Counted from the first letter of the stretch, positions 20,033 through 30,483 are shown. The stretch is DNA of 64,000 bases from an uncultured bacterium (GCA_964628055.1 CAZVNL010000008.1:4233-68232), one strand, 5' to 3'. Program-made: numbers and translations. Notes: generated by a model not told the origin, from the letters alone.

Positions 20033-20485
20033 TTAGGCGGGTTCGATTAGAAACAGCACCTGGTTGTATTCCACTGGCTGACCGTCTTCGGCCACAATTT
20101 TTTTAATGACGCCCCCTGTCTCGGCCTCGATCTCGTTCATGATCTTCATGGCCTCAATGATGCACAGGGTATCCCCTTTTTTCACCTCGTCCCCCACTGT
20201 TACAAAGGGTTCAGCCTCGGGGGCCGGGGCCCGGTAAAAGGTACCGGGCATAGGGGAAAACACCTCCACCGTGCGGGTGGTTTCGGCTACCGTAGACGCC
20301 GGGGTGGAGAGGAACTCACCAGTAGGGGGAGGCACCAAATTCACCGGGGCGGAGTTAACCTCCTGGGACACCACCGGGGCCGTTTTTACCACCCGGTAGC
20401 GCCGGCCTAAAAAAGTTACGTCAATTTCGTTGACGTCGCTGTTTTCTAAAATGTAAATGATTTCCTTTAAACGGTCTTGCCACAT
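20033..20485 (-). CDS. accB: Biotin carboxyl carrier protein
   Basis: SPMPGTFYRAP, biotinylation motif EAMKIMNEI and QPVEYNQVLF. Confidence 0.97.
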   Translation of the reverse strand: MWQDRLKEIIYILENSDVNEIDVTFLGRRYRVVKTAPVVSQEVNSAPVNLVPPPTGEFLSTPASTVAETTRTVEVFSPMPGTFYRAPAPEAEPFVTVGDEVKKGDTLCIIEAMKIMNEIEAETGGVIKKIVAEDGQPVEYNQVLFLIEPA

Positions 20486-20514
20486 AAGCGTTCCTAACTG
20501 TGATGCTTCTGAGA

Positions 20515-21081
20515 TTACTCCCCTTTGGTGCGTTCCAGGTACGCCCCGCTGCGGGTGTCGATTTTTACCCGGTCCCCCACCTCGACGAAGAGGGGCACCT
20601 GGACGGTGAAACCCGTTTCCAAAACGGCCGGCTTGGTGGCGCCGGTGGCCGTATTTCCCCGGTAGCCCGGTTCCGTATGGGTCACTTCCAAGTCCACGTG
20701 GGCCGGTAGGCGGACCTCTAAGGGCTCTTCCCCGTCAAACAACAGCTCCACATCCAAACCCGCCTTGAGGAAACGGTGCCGGTCGCCCACCACTTCCGGG
20801 GGGATCTGAAGCTGGTCGTAGGTCTTCAAATCCATAAAGACGTAGGAGGCGCTCTCCGTGTACAAAAACTGCATCCGCCGGGCCTCCACCCGCACCAGCT
20901 CCAGGTGGCTCCCGGCGTTGAAGGTCTCCTCGATAACCTTCCCGCTCTGGATGTCCTTCAGTTTGGTGCGTACAAAGGCCCCGCCCTTCCCGGGTTTCAC
21001 GTGCAAGAATTCCAGAACCTTCATACGTTTGCCCCGGTGCAGGAGCACCACGCCATTTCTAATATCAGCTGTTGTTGCCAA
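20515..21081 (-). CDS. efp: Elongation factor P
   Basis: HVKPGKGGAFVRTKLK, ETGFTVQVPLFV and KIDTRSGAY motifs; TTG start with an AGGAG SD. Confidence 0.98.
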   Translation of the reverse strand: MATTADIRNGVVLLHRGKRMKVLEFLHVKPGKGGAFVRTKLKDIQSGKVIEETFNAGSHLELVRVEARRMQFLYTESASYVFMDLKTYDQLQIPPEVVGDRHRFLKAGLDVELLFDGEEPLEVRLPAHVDLEVTHTEPGYRGNTATGATKPAVLETGFTVQVPLFVEVGDRVKIDTRSGAYLERTKGE

Positions 21082-21173
21082 GCTTATTCTCCTGTGAAAC
21101 GCCGGAATTTAACCTGCACTATGGATATCTCAAATTGATGAATCCCCTACTCGGTCCCGGGGCGTAAAAAAAC

Positions 21174-22166
21174 CTAACCAGTCTCCACCGGGGTTTTCTC
21201 CATCGGCACTGTTTCGGCCTCAGATGGCGCTTCCCAGGTTTTCCAGAAGGGAACGGTTTGGGCGATAAAGCATTCCGCCCAGTCTAAGTCCTGCTGGCAC
21301 ATCGCCGGGGATACGGACCCCCGGGCGTACTTGGTAAAGTCCGCCCGACGCAATACCTCCAACCACTGGTCCACCAGCTCCCTGTCAAAGGGCAAGGTGT
21401 TCTTCATCGCGTGGATCTGTTCGGTGGTCATTTCCAAGGTTTTAATGAATACACTATGTTCCACGTATTCCCGTAGTAAGTAAGACAGATCCACGTAAAA
21501 TTCCTTCACGGCTCCCCGTTTTAAGCTGGAGTCCTCTCGCAGTGCCTGTAACTTCTGACGGGCCACTTCATCAGGAGGTGGTTTAACCGGTTGCGCGGCC
21601 GTTTTAATGATCTCTGTCTTCTGACGCTGACGCCAAATGAGCCCGATCCCCACCACGAGCATTAGTAGCAGCAGGTATTTTCCGATGGTGGGCCAGGGCC
21701 AGGGAATCGTAACGGGAACGGGCGGCTTTACTGGTTGCAGTTGTCGGGCGCCATACTGCTCTAAAACTGACACCACCTGGACGGGTAGGGGCGCACTGTG
21801 TAAGGTGTAATCGAGGGTACTATCAGCTTTGAGTACGGCCACTTCATAGGCCGGAATGACGAAGTGACCCGTATCCCAGAAGACGAGCTCGAAGCGCAGG
21901 CCGTTACTGTCACCCCGGGGGGATTGAAAGGGCGTGGCCTGGCGGACTTCCAGGGTATCGGTACTTTTCAAGGGGGGAAAGCGTAATGGGCGCCGACCGG
22001 GATTTAATACGGTCACCTTAAAGTGTAAAATGTCGCCGATTGTAGCCACCGTGGTATCCAGGGAGGCCGCCAATTTTATGGCGGCGGGCTTTTCTTCGCG
22101 CTCCTGGCAACCGGTAATCAGCACCAATCCCACCAGGATAACAAGGGCGCCACTAGCCTGCTTCAT
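21174..22166 (-). CDS. Membrane-anchored or lipoprotein accessory protein of the MoxR-DUF58 (Bat-type) cluster
   Basis: Lipobox-like LITGC, Ig-like N-terminal domain with IGD and LVFWDTGHFVIP, a TM helix, then FYVDLSYLLREY...ALEMTT-like and ADFTKYA segments typical of the gene following DUF58 in bat clusters. Confidence 0.7.
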   Translation of the reverse strand: MKQASGALVILVGLVLITGCQEREEKPAAIKLAASLDTTVATIGDILHFKVTVLNPGRRPLRFPPLKSTDTLEVRQATPFQSPRGDSNGLRFELVFWDTGHFVIPAYEVAVLKADSTLDYTLHSAPLPVQVVSVLEQYGARQLQPVKPPVPVTIPWPWPTIGKYLLLLMLVVGIGLIWRQRQKTEIIKTAAQPVKPPPDEVARQKLQALREDSSLKRGAVKEFYVDLSYLLREYVEHSVFIKTLEMTTEQIHAMKNTLPFDRELVDQWLEVLRRADFTKYARGSVSPAMCQQDLDWAECFIAQTVPFWKTWEAPSEAETVPMEKTPVETG

Positions 22167-22181
22167 GCCTGGAATCGGGGG

Positions 22182-23057
22182 TTAATAGCGCCGTTCCCGC
22201 TGACGGTAGTAGCGCAGGATGGGTTCAATATAGTCCTCGGCTGTGGAAAGCTGCACCAAGTCGAACTTAATCCGGTCACACTGCTGTTTGAAGCGAGCGA
22301 AATGGGACTCCAGGCGCTGCTGGTACCGAACCCGTTCGGCAGGAGAATAGGTGTCGATCCAAAACTGCGCATCGGTTTCGGGATCGTGGACCTTCACCAA
22401 GCCTAGGTCGGGAAGGCTTTTTTCCACCGGATCGTAGATCTGCAGGCCCAATAGATCGTGTTTGCGGTTGGCAATTTTCAAACCGGGCCAGAACCCGTCA
22501 TCGATAAAGTCGGAAATGACAAACACCACGCTCCGGCGGTGCGCCACCTTTAAGAGAAAATCCAGGGCCCGACTTAAAGAGGTGCCCCGTCCCTGGGGCC
22601 GGTGGTAAAGGAGTTCCCGGATGACTCGCAGGACGTGGGTATGACCCTTCTTCGGGGCGATATACTGCTCCACTTCATCGGTGAACAGGATCAACCCCAC
22701 CTTGTCGTTGTTGCGGATGGCGGAAAAGCCCATGACGGCAGCGATCTCGGTGGCCAGTTCGGCCTTGTACTGCCTAACACTGCCAAAATGCCCGGAACGA
22801 CTCAGGTCCACTAAGAGAAAGACGGTTAACTCCCGCTCTTCTTCGAAAATCTTTACGTAAGGACTATTATAGCGAGCCGTGACGTTCCAGTCGATGAGAC
22901 GAATATCATCCCCCGGCTGGTACTCCCGGACTTCGGAAAAGATCATGCCCCGTCCCTTGAATACGGAATGGTACTCACCCCCAAAGAGGTCATTTACCAA
23001 TCCCTTGGTGCGAATCTCGATGTGGCGAACCTTCTTTAATATCTCAGCGGGGAGCAT
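22182..23057 (-). CDS. DUF58 domain protein (vWA-like, MoxR-associated)
   Basis: GEYHSVFKGRGMIFSEVREYQPGDDIRLIDWNVTAR, FEEERELTV, DLSRSG and SDF motifs. Confidence 0.95.
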   Translation of the reverse strand: MLPAEILKKVRHIEIRTKGLVNDLFGGEYHSVFKGRGMIFSEVREYQPGDDIRLIDWNVTARYNSPYVKIFEEERELTVFLLVDLSRSGHFGSVRQYKAELATEIAAVMGFSAIRNNDKVGLILFTDEVEQYIAPKKGHTHVLRVIRELLYHRPQGRGTSLSRALDFLLKVAHRRSVVFVISDFIDDGFWPGLKIANRKHDLLGLQIYDPVEKSLPDLGLVKVHDPETDAQFWIDTYSPAERVRYQQRLESHFARFKQQCDRIKFDLVQLSTAEDYIEPILRYYRQRERRY

Positions 23058-23158
23058 GGCTCTTTTTCAAGCGTTGTAGGGCCTGAGGAAGGAATCCCGG
23101 TGGCTGAAACGGTTTTAATAGACTACTCCTCAAGCGCACCATACCCGGGAAAAGGTCC

Positions 23159-24154
23159 TTAAGGAATTTCGATGGAATCGAACAGGTGCCGAATGATGTC
23201 CTCGGAGGTCTGCTCCTCGGCCTCGGCTTCGTAGGTGAGAATGATGCGATGCCGCAGGACATCGGCCCCCATATAACGCACATCTTCCGGGGTGACGAAT
23301 CCCCGATGATCCAGAAAGGCCCTGGCCTTCGCGGCCAGGATTAGATTGATGGTGGCCCGGGGGGAGGCACCGTACTGGATCAATTCCTTCAAATCGGGTA
23401 ACTGGTATTGCTCCGGATTCCGCGTGGCGAAAACCAGGTTGAGTACGTACTCCTCTACTTTTTCATCCACGTAAATATCGTTGATGACTTGTTGGGCCTG
23501 GAGAATCGCCCCGGGGTTTACCACCGGTTCCACCGACGGCAGCTCCGTGGTGCGGGCCATTTTCCGCAGGATAATACGCTCCTCCTCTTTCGCCGGGTAA
23601 TCCACCTTCAACTTGAGCATAAAACGATCCACCTGGGCCTCTGGTAAGGGATAGGTTCCCTCCTGCTCAATGGGGTTCTGGGTGGCCAACACCAAAAAGG
23701 GGGCCTCTAAATAGAAGGTCTCCTCGCCGATGGTCACCTGGCGCTCCTGCATGGCCTCCAAAAGGGCGCTTTGAACCTTGGCGGGAGAGCGGTTGATCTC
23801 GTCAGCCAGAATGATGTTGGCGAAAATGGGGCCCTTGCGCGTCTCAAACGATCCGGTCTTCTGGTTATAGATGAGGGTTCCCAGTAGGTCCGCCGGTAGC
23901 ATGTCCGGCGTGAACTGAATCCGCTGAAAGCGGGTGTCGATGAGTTGGGCCAGGGTTCTCACCAGGAGGGTCTTGGCCAGCCCCGGCACCCCTTCTAAGA
24001 GGAGGTGGCCGTTGGCCAGTAGCCCTACTAAAATTTTATTGAGGAGTTCTTCCTGGCCAACAATCACCCCCCCCAGGGCTTTTTTCAATACATCAATAAA
24101 TTGGGATTCCCGGGCAATACGTTCATTGATTTCAGTAAGACTGAACTGGGCCAT
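23159..24154 (-). CDS. moxR: MoxR family AAA+ ATPase
   Basis: LLEGVPGLAKT, RIQFTPDMLPAD, LADEINRSPAKVQSALLEAMQE, QNPIEQEGTYPLPEAQVDRF and GASPRA motifs. Confidence 0.96.
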   Translation of the reverse strand: MAQFSLTEINERIARESQFIDVLKKALGGVIVGQEELLNKILVGLLANGHLLLEGVPGLAKTLLVRTLAQLIDTRFQRIQFTPDMLPADLLGTLIYNQKTGSFETRKGPIFANIILADEINRSPAKVQSALLEAMQERQVTIGEETFYLEAPFLVLATQNPIEQEGTYPLPEAQVDRFMLKLKVDYPAKEEERIILRKMARTTELPSVEPVVNPGAILQAQQVINDIYVDEKVEEYVLNLVFATRNPEQYQLPDLKELIQYGASPRATINLILAAKARAFLDHRGFVTPEDVRYMGADVLRHRIILTYEAEAEEQTSEDIIRHLFDSIEIP

Positions 24155-24173
24155 GGTCGTATTTACCGGGCTC

Positions 24174-24710
24174 TTAACTACGGGGTGTGTCGGTATTGAT
24201 CCCCCCCGGAGTACCGGAAGGTAGGGCGTGGCTAGTGATCTGTTTTAAAACGGGAATATCGTTTATGTCTTTACCCAGGTATTCCAGTTCAAAGCGCACG
24301 GAAGGGGCCAGTTCATGGTCGGGAAACTTGTCCAGGAAGGTTTTATAAGACTGGGTAGCCAATTCGTAATTGGCCAGGATGTTGGCATAAATATAGCCGA
24401 TCATAAACTGGGCCTGGGCCTCTTGATCCGACCCGGGAAAACGCTCCACCACCTGTTGGTAGGCCTGGATGGCCTGTTGAAAGTCACGGAGGTCGTTCAT
24501 GTAAATGTCACCCAACATATACTGGGACTTGGCCGCCAGGGCATGCTTGGGGTATTTACTGATAAGTAACTCCAGTTGATCCAGGGACCCCTTAATATCC
24601 TTCGACTTCCGCAGCGACTCGGCCTGGGAAAAGAGATCCTCAGCCGACTTGTCAACACCACACGACAGGCTAAATAGCCCCACTAGCAAAATAATCATTA
24701 TCCGGTTCAT
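24174..24710 (-). CDS. TPR-repeat lipoprotein (BamD/CpoB-like repeats)
   Basis: Signal and lipobox LFSLSC from the ATG at 24710; three TPR units with YP/FP..S...A.AQ(Y/F)M.G.IY patterns. Confidence 0.8.
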   Translation of the reverse strand: MNRIMIILLVGLFSLSCGVDKSAEDLFSQAESLRKSKDIKGSLDQLELLISKYPKHALAAKSQYMLGDIYMNDLRDFQQAIQAYQQVVERFPGSDQEAQAQFMIGYIYANILANYELATQSYKTFLDKFPDHELAPSVRFELEYLGKDINDIPVLKQITSHALPSGTPGGINTDTPRS

Positions 24711-24806
24711 GACCGTCCCTTTCATTGTATTTTAGAACCTTTAATTTATACCCTTGTAGGTAGAACCACCAAGACTGAAACCCTTAACGTGCATAAAGTG
24801 CTGGGC

Positions 24807-24815
24807 ATTATACCA
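24807..24815 (-). promoter_or_regulatory. Extended -10 promoter element upstream of the TPR-moxR-DUF58 operon
   Basis: Minus strand TGGTATAAT (TGn + TATAAT) in the intergenic gap; no good -35 seen. Confidence 0.5.
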
Positions 24816-24836
24816 TAGCAAAGGTGGAAGGTTCCT

Positions 24837-26633
24837 CTAAAAGATGTATAGGACTCCCAGTTGCAACTGCCAATTTTCCGGATGGGCCAACTGGTAGGCA
24901 TAATCCAGGCGCACGGGTCCCAGGGGGGACTTTAGGGTTACACCTCCTCCGGCGCCCCAGGCCAACTGGGACCAACTGCTTTGGGCCACGCTATCCACCA
25001 GATACCCCCCATCCAGGAAGATTTCACCCCCCAGCAACCAAATTAACGGAAAGCGCAGTTCCCAATTGGTGAGCAACCGTACCGTCTCACCGAGGGGGTC
25101 GTGCTGAGTGTCAACGCGAAATTTAAGGGGTTCCCAGGCCCGCAGGCTAGTACTGCCCCCCAAATAAAATTTATCATATAAAACGGTTTCGAACCGATCA
25201 TAAGCCGCCTGCCACCCTAAAAGAAGGCCATACTTCATCCTCCCAGCCAGGACCCAATTTTTCATGAGGGGGTAGTAGCCCTGCAAGCCTACGTCAAATT
25301 TAATATAGTGCCGATTGCCTCCTAAAAAGCCTCCTACCCGGCGGAATTCGCCGCTCAACACCACACCCCGGCGGGGATACACCGGATCGTCCCGGCCGTC
25401 CAGGTGCGCCCGCAGGGTGAGAATGCGCTGCTCCACATCGGTGCGTAAGGCTTCGGGCTCAATAAATTTCTCCCACTGCAACCCCCAAGCGATAAAAGAC
25501 AGGTTGCCAAAACGCAGGGTGCTGGTTACGTTTAGTCCGTAACGGTGCACGTTGGGGCCCCCTAAATCTTCGTAATTTTTAAACGTTTCGTAAAAGGCTT
25601 TGAGCTGGGTGGGAATCCGGTAGCGGAAAATCCACTGGTCGTTCAAATTCAAATCCACCCTCAACCTGGGAAATCGGAACCCCGGTTCCACGGGCATATC
25701 CGCCGATGTGCGCACCCCGAAGCGGGTAGTGGATTGGAGGATGCTGCGGTTGCGCCACTCCACGTAGCCCCCAATGCCGGGGATGGCTTCCGTCCCTTCA
25801 CTCACCACCACTGGATAGTAACCCCCTTCGCTCAGCCACTCCCGTTTTTTGAACTGCCGCAATTCCAACACCAAGTTCACCGTGGTGTCGCTTCCGGCCT
25901 CTACCACGGGGGTGAGGCTGGCCAGGGAGAAAAGACCCGTTTCCAACAACCGCCGCTGGGAATCATCAACGGCTTTTTTGCGGAACAGGTCCCCGGGATG
26001 GATCTCTAATTCCCTTAGCACCACGGCGCTATCGAGACTGCCCAGTCCTTCGAGATAAATGTCGTGGATGTACACGCGTTGCCCTTCGTTAACTTCTAGT
26101 AGCACATTCACCGAGTCCCCCACGTCTTGAAAGAGCTTGAGGGCGACAAAGAGTTTACCCTCCTGCTGGTAAGCCTCCTCCAGTAAAGTTAGATTGGCAT
26201 TGGCCTTAACAGGGTCAAAAGGTCTATCCACCACCAGACCCAGCGTCGTGCGAATTAGCTTTTCGCTGAGGGTTTCATTGCCCAAGATGTCCACCCGATG
26301 CAGAAAATACTGCTTCCCTTCGCGGATATGATAAAATACCGCCACGGTCTGGTCCTGTACCGCAAAAGAATCGGTGACCGACACGTGTAGAAAGCCCTGG
26401 GATAAATAGTAATTCTTCAGGGTGATGGCATCCAGCCGCAGGACACGCTGGTCGAAGGTGGTGTGGCTAAAAAGAGTGGGCTCCTGGAGATTGAGCAGGG
26501 ATTTCAATGTCTTTTCGGAAATCTGCTCATTCCCTATGAGACTCACCGACGTAACGGGTAACGGGGCGTGCTCGCCACCTTTAAGGGCATAGACCAGGAG
26601 GCAGCACAACACCCTCGTGAGTGTTGCTTTCAT
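24837..26633 (-). CDS. Omp85-family outer membrane protein (TamA/BamA-like) with POTRA domains
   Basis: POTRA-like repeats (IGNEQISEK, GNETLSEK, EGLGSLDSAVVLREL), barrel motifs FYLGGSTSLRAW and SPLGPVRLDYA, C-terminal Phe; directly downstream of a TamB-like gene. Confidence 0.9.
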   Translation of the reverse strand: MKATLTRVLCCLLVYALKGGEHAPLPVTSVSLIGNEQISEKTLKSLLNLQEPTLFSHTTFDQRVLRLDAITLKNYYLSQGFLHVSVTDSFAVQDQTVAVFYHIREGKQYFLHRVDILGNETLSEKLIRTTLGLVVDRPFDPVKANANLTLLEEAYQQEGKLFVALKLFQDVGDSVNVLLEVNEGQRVYIHDIYLEGLGSLDSAVVLRELEIHPGDLFRKKAVDDSQRRLLETGLFSLASLTPVVEAGSDTTVNLVLELRQFKKREWLSEGGYYPVVVSEGTEAIPGIGGYVEWRNRSILQSTTRFGVRTSADMPVEPGFRFPRLRVDLNLNDQWIFRYRIPTQLKAFYETFKNYEDLGGPNVHRYGLNVTSTLRFGNLSFIAWGLQWEKFIEPEALRTDVEQRILTLRAHLDGRDDPVYPRRGVVLSGEFRRVGGFLGGNRHYIKFDVGLQGYYPLMKNWVLAGRMKYGLLLGWQAAYDRFETVLYDKFYLGGSTSLRAWEPLKFRVDTQHDPLGETVRLLTNWELRFPLIWLLGGEIFLDGGYLVDSVAQSSWSQLAWGAGGGVTLKSPLGPVRLDYAYQLAHPENWQLQLGVLYIF

Positions 26634-26639
26634 GTTGGT

Positions 26640-29600
26640 TTAATAAGAATAACGCAAACGGTATTTTACGTGCATATTCCCCGATTCATCAACGTTTCCT
26701 ACTACCGAAAAATACCGATTTAATTTCAATTCCACACCTAATTGATTATGGGGGGGATTCACCAGTGAAAAGGAACGTTGATAAGAATAATACAGCGAAA
26801 GGTTCTCCGACAGTTGCCGGCCGGCGCTGATGGTGAAATCCTCGGAACTCTCCGGATTCAGAAATCCCGTGGTCCCCGAAATGCTCATCTGATCCACCAA
26901 ACCCAATTTTTTCAACCCGCTCATCTGCAGGAAATTACGCTCCAATTGACTTTCCAGGTAAGCGCCTAAGATGGTCTGGGCCTGGACCCCAAAACCGGCC
27001 GAAGTCATCTCCTGGTCCTCGAAGCGGCTGCGAAGGGTAAGCAGTTCTAAAATGTCACTCTGGGAAAAGCCGCTGGAGGACTCCAAAACCAGGCGCGGAT
27101 TGTCCAACTGCCCTACCAGGGTAATGGTAATCTGTTCCTGGTTAATGGTGGTAAACGCCGAAATGTCCAAATAGGGATTGAACCCTTTTTTATCGAATCC
27201 CAGGTACCCTTTGGTGAGGGTAAATACATCCCCGTAGTAATAAAATTTCCCACTGCGGACGAACAGCTCCCCGGTATAATCGGGGGGGTAATCCTCTAAC
27301 TTAGCTATGCTCAACTGCCCGGACAACTGGGCATCCAACTGACTGTTACGCAGGGCGAAATTGCCCGTGATGGGGAAGTTCACCAAATAATTGGTCACAA
27401 TCCGGCTTTCACCGGAGGGCGTTTCCGGGAGGCTGCTGCTGCTGGTGAATTCCTGATACATGACCACATCCAGAACTTCGATGTCCCCGGCAAAGGTGAT
27501 GGTATCTTTCCCGGTGATGGCCAAGTCGACGTTAACCGTGCCTTCAATGTCCCCTAAAAGGGTCCGGAAATAGATCTCCTGGCCTTGGACGTTGAGGGCG
27601 TACCGCGGTTCGAAAAAGCGGCTCAAATCCAGGCCGCCGGTAAGGTGTAGGTTGGGCTTTTTCAACTGGGTAGACGGTTGCTCCGGATTAGGCATATAGC
27701 CGTCCAGGTGGCGAATTTTAAGGTAGTTATCCACAATCTCGGCCGAACCCGCCAACCCCACGATGGGATCGTCCAAGAGTAAGGAATAGATGCGCCCGCC
27801 AGTTACGCTTAACGAACCGTTACGCAGCACCTTTTCCGGTGGTCCGCTCAAATTTAAGCGCAGATCAAACTTTCCCGTCACGGAGTCCACATCGGCCAGA
27901 TACAGGGTGAGAAATTTTAAATTCCTGGTTTGCCCCTGGACATCAATCCAAAGGGAATCGGTGGGGATGAAGTGGCCCAAGGTGGGGGAGCCAAAATTTA
28001 AATCAACGGGTAGGTAACCGGACCCCGCGAACTGGTCGGGTCCTAAATGGGAGGCAAACCGGTTAAAATACAGACGTTGTCCGTCGTAAAGCCCGGTACC
28101 GGTTACCATCCCCAAGGGCAGGCGGTCGAACTGGGCCTGTTCGATAGTCAGGTCAAAGTCAAACTTCGTGTTCCGCGGGGTCCCCCCCAAGTTGAAATCC
28201 CCACTGGCAATGCCCTCTAAGTGAAACCAATGGGGAATGAACTGGGTGAACAGCGCCAGGTCAATGTGCTTCAAATTGGCGCTAAGATCCATTTCCCACG
28301 GGGTCTTGTCCCCCACCGTTAAGGGGACGATCCCGGTAATCTGGGCCCCGGTTTTTTCACCGTACAGCAGGGTAACGTCCTCCACGTGCAACACGGAATC
28401 CAAATAGAAGGCCGAGACGGTCAACTCATCAAACGGCTGGGAGGTGAGAGTCCCATTTTTCAGGGTGAGATCGATGGTGTAACTGAGCTCTCCCTGGTGC
28501 CTGGAAAGGGACAGTTCCCCGAAGGTTTTACCGGTGATGGCCCAGCGATCGTCGGGCCCTAAAACGCCTAAGATGGCAGCGTCAACGCCGGAGAGTTTCA
28601 GGCGGCCTTCCAAGCCGTTTTCCAAATCCAAATAGCCGTTCACCACACCGTCGTCCACATGAAAAGCAAAGGGTTGTAAGGCGATCCCCCCCTTAGTGAA
28701 TTGAACAGTGAGGGGCCGCGTATTGATCAGGTAATGCTCGTCATACACCAGTTGTAGGGGATTGAGAGTGAGGAGGCCCTCCGAACCGTAGCTACCGGAA
28801 AACTGGAGGATATTCTCCCCCTGGCGGAACTCAGCGCTCACAATGTCGATTTGATGCGGACTGATACTCAGTTCCACCTGACCGCTATTAAAGGGGTACA
28901 TGCGCCACTGGCCCTCTTTGAATTCCAGGTGGGCATACCCCGTTTCCAACCGCTTTAGACGGGTATTGATAATAAACTCCTCCAGGTAGGCCTGGTGGTA
29001 TTTTACCTGTTTACCCGTGAGGTCGGCCTCCACGTCCGGGGCCTTCAAAGCCCCCTTGAGGGTAAGCGTTCCACTGGCCATCCCCCCTTCCAGGCTATCG
29101 GCCCAGAAATTGTTTATTAGAAAGACGCTGGCCTGGTTTAACTCCACCTGGAGATCTAGGGTGCTATCCCGAAGATCGCACTCTCCTTTCAAAATAACTG
29201 AGCTGGGACCGATGGTAACGGTCAAAGGATTGGGAATGGAGAGCTTCCTAGCAGCGTAAATAACCGTCCCCGACGCCGTAATAGGCCGGTCAACAAAAAG
29301 GGCCGATTCCTCCATTTCCATGGTGATGGTCACTTCCTTCAATTGGCGGTTGTGGATGGTTCCGTCTAAAAACACGGTTCCGGAGAAGTTGTTTCTTTTC
29401 TGTTGTTCCAACCAACGGCTCAGGTCGAATTGGGTCAGGGTGACTTTGCTGTTCAGGCGGCCATCTTTCTCCAGGAGACCGGTCATCTCCAGCTCGGCCT
29501 CATCGCGCCGTAAATTGAACTGTTCCAAGCGGAGGTAATCCGGCGTTTTTACCAGTTGAAAAGCTCCCCGCATATCCAGGCCCAAGGCGTTGCTTAGCTC

Positions 29601-30428
29601 CACCGACCCGGCGTAGCGCCGGAGATCAGACTCCAGCGCCACATGAATATCCACGCTGGAAAATTTTGGTTGCAAGGGTAGCTGGGTGAAAAATTGGCGG
29701 GGAACGACGTAGTTCTTGATAAATAACTCTCCCGATAGATGCTTCTCGGGCAATAACTCCAGGGACCAAGAACCGGCCAGGTTCAAAGTGTCTATGATCC
29801 CCTCAAAAGAGTCTACCACCAGGGCCTGTGGGGTGAGGTTCATATTTAAATCCGTTACGTAAAGGCGATGCCGAGAGAAAGTATCCTGGAGTTGGAAGGA
29901 ACGAAAAGACAGCCTCCCTTCCCTGGCGTTCATTTTGACGGCGCCATCCCAGGCAAAGGTAAGAGGGCGGGCCTCCTCCTGCGATGGCCACCAGGCCTTG
30001 CCAGCCACCCACAACTTTCTTATAGAAACCTTGAAGGCCAGTACTGGTTGGAAGGAATCGGGTAACTCCAAAGAACCCTCGCTTAGGGAGTCCGCCTGAG
30101 GTAGCGTGAGGACCAGGTTTTCTAACACCACCTGGTCAAAGGTCAGTCCCGCAAAGAGACTGCGGAAGAAATTGAGATTCGCCTTCACCTTCCCCACCGA
30201 AACCGTGGCCCCGGTTTCACTCGTGAACACGATGCCCCGCCCGGTGACTGCCGTTAAGAAATGCCCCCCCAGGGATTGGATGGAAACCCGCCAGCCCCGG
30301 TCCACAAGGACGTGGTTATTGAGTAGCGTTTCAATACGACCGCGCCATAACCGCGGTTGTAGTCCTACGGAGAGCCCTAGAAGGACCAGGATTAGCGTGA
30401 CGACGAAGATTTGTCTAAGGCGTTTCAT
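26640..30428 (-). CDS. tamB: Translocation and assembly module TamB-like protein
   Basis: N-terminal anchor from the ATG at 30428, a long beta-rich body, and a DUF490-like C-terminus (G.F.YYGDVF.L..G.L.F...GFNP.LDISA; L.L.S......SDILELL; ends in RYSY). Confidence 0.85.
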   Translation of the reverse strand: MKRLRQIFVVTLILVLLGLSVGLQPRLWRGRIETLLNNHVLVDRGWRVSIQSLGGHFLTAVTGRGIVFTSETGATVSVGKVKANLNFFRSLFAGLTFDQVVLENLVLTLPQADSLSEGSLELPDSFQPVLAFKVSIRKLWVAGKAWWPSQEEARPLTFAWDGAVKMNAREGRLSFRSFQLQDTFSRHRLYVTDLNMNLTPQALVVDSFEGIIDTLNLAGSWSLELLPEKHLSGELFIKNYVVPRQFFTQLPLQPKFSSVDIHVALESDLRRYAGSVELSNALGLDMRGAFQLVKTPDYLRLEQFNLRRDEAELEMTGLLEKDGRLNSKVTLTQFDLSRWLEQQKRNNFSGTVFLDGTIHNRQLKEVTITMEMEESALFVDRPITASGTVIYAARKLSIPNPLTVTIGPSSVILKGECDLRDSTLDLQVELNQASVFLINNFWADSLEGGMASGTLTLKGALKAPDVEADLTGKQVKYHQAYLEEFIINTRLKRLETGYAHLEFKEGQWRMYPFNSGQVELSISPHQIDIVSAEFRQGENILQFSGSYGSEGLLTLNPLQLVYDEHYLINTRPLTVQFTKGGIALQPFAFHVDDGVVNGYLDLENGLEGRLKLSGVDAAILGVLGPDDRWAITGKTFGELSLSRHQGELSYTIDLTLKNGTLTSQPFDELTVSAFYLDSVLHVEDVTLLYGEKTGAQITGIVPLTVGDKTPWEMDLSANLKHIDLALFTQFIPHWFHLEGIASGDFNLGGTPRNTKFDFDLTIEQAQFDRLPLGMVTGTGLYDGQRLYFNRFASHLGPDQFAGSGYLPVDLNFGSPTLGHFIPTDSLWIDVQGQTRNLKFLTLYLADVDSVTGKFDLRLNLSGPPEKVLRNGSLSVTGGRIYSLLLDDPIVGLAGSAEIVDNYLKIRHLDGYMPNPEQPSTQLKKPNLHLTGGLDLSRFFEPRYALNVQGQEIYFRTLLGDIEGTVNVDLAITGKDTITFAGDIEVLDVVMYQEFTSSSSLPETPSGESRIVTNYLVNFPITGNFALRNSQLDAQLSGQLSIAKLEDYPPDYTGELFVRSGKFYYYGDVFTLTKGYLGFDKKGFNPYLDISAFTTINQEQITITLVGQLDNPRLVLESSSGFSQSDILELLTLRSRFEDQEMTSAGFGVQAQTILGAYLESQLERNFLQMSGLKKLGLVDQMSISGTTGFLNPESSEDFTISAGRQLSENLSLYYSYQRSFSLVNPPHNQLGVELKLNRYFSVVGNVDESGNMHVKYRLRYSY

Positions 30429-30483
30429 GACTCCCTTACAGCTACCCGCACTAACGAATATACGTGACTCCTGTTCCAAATAC

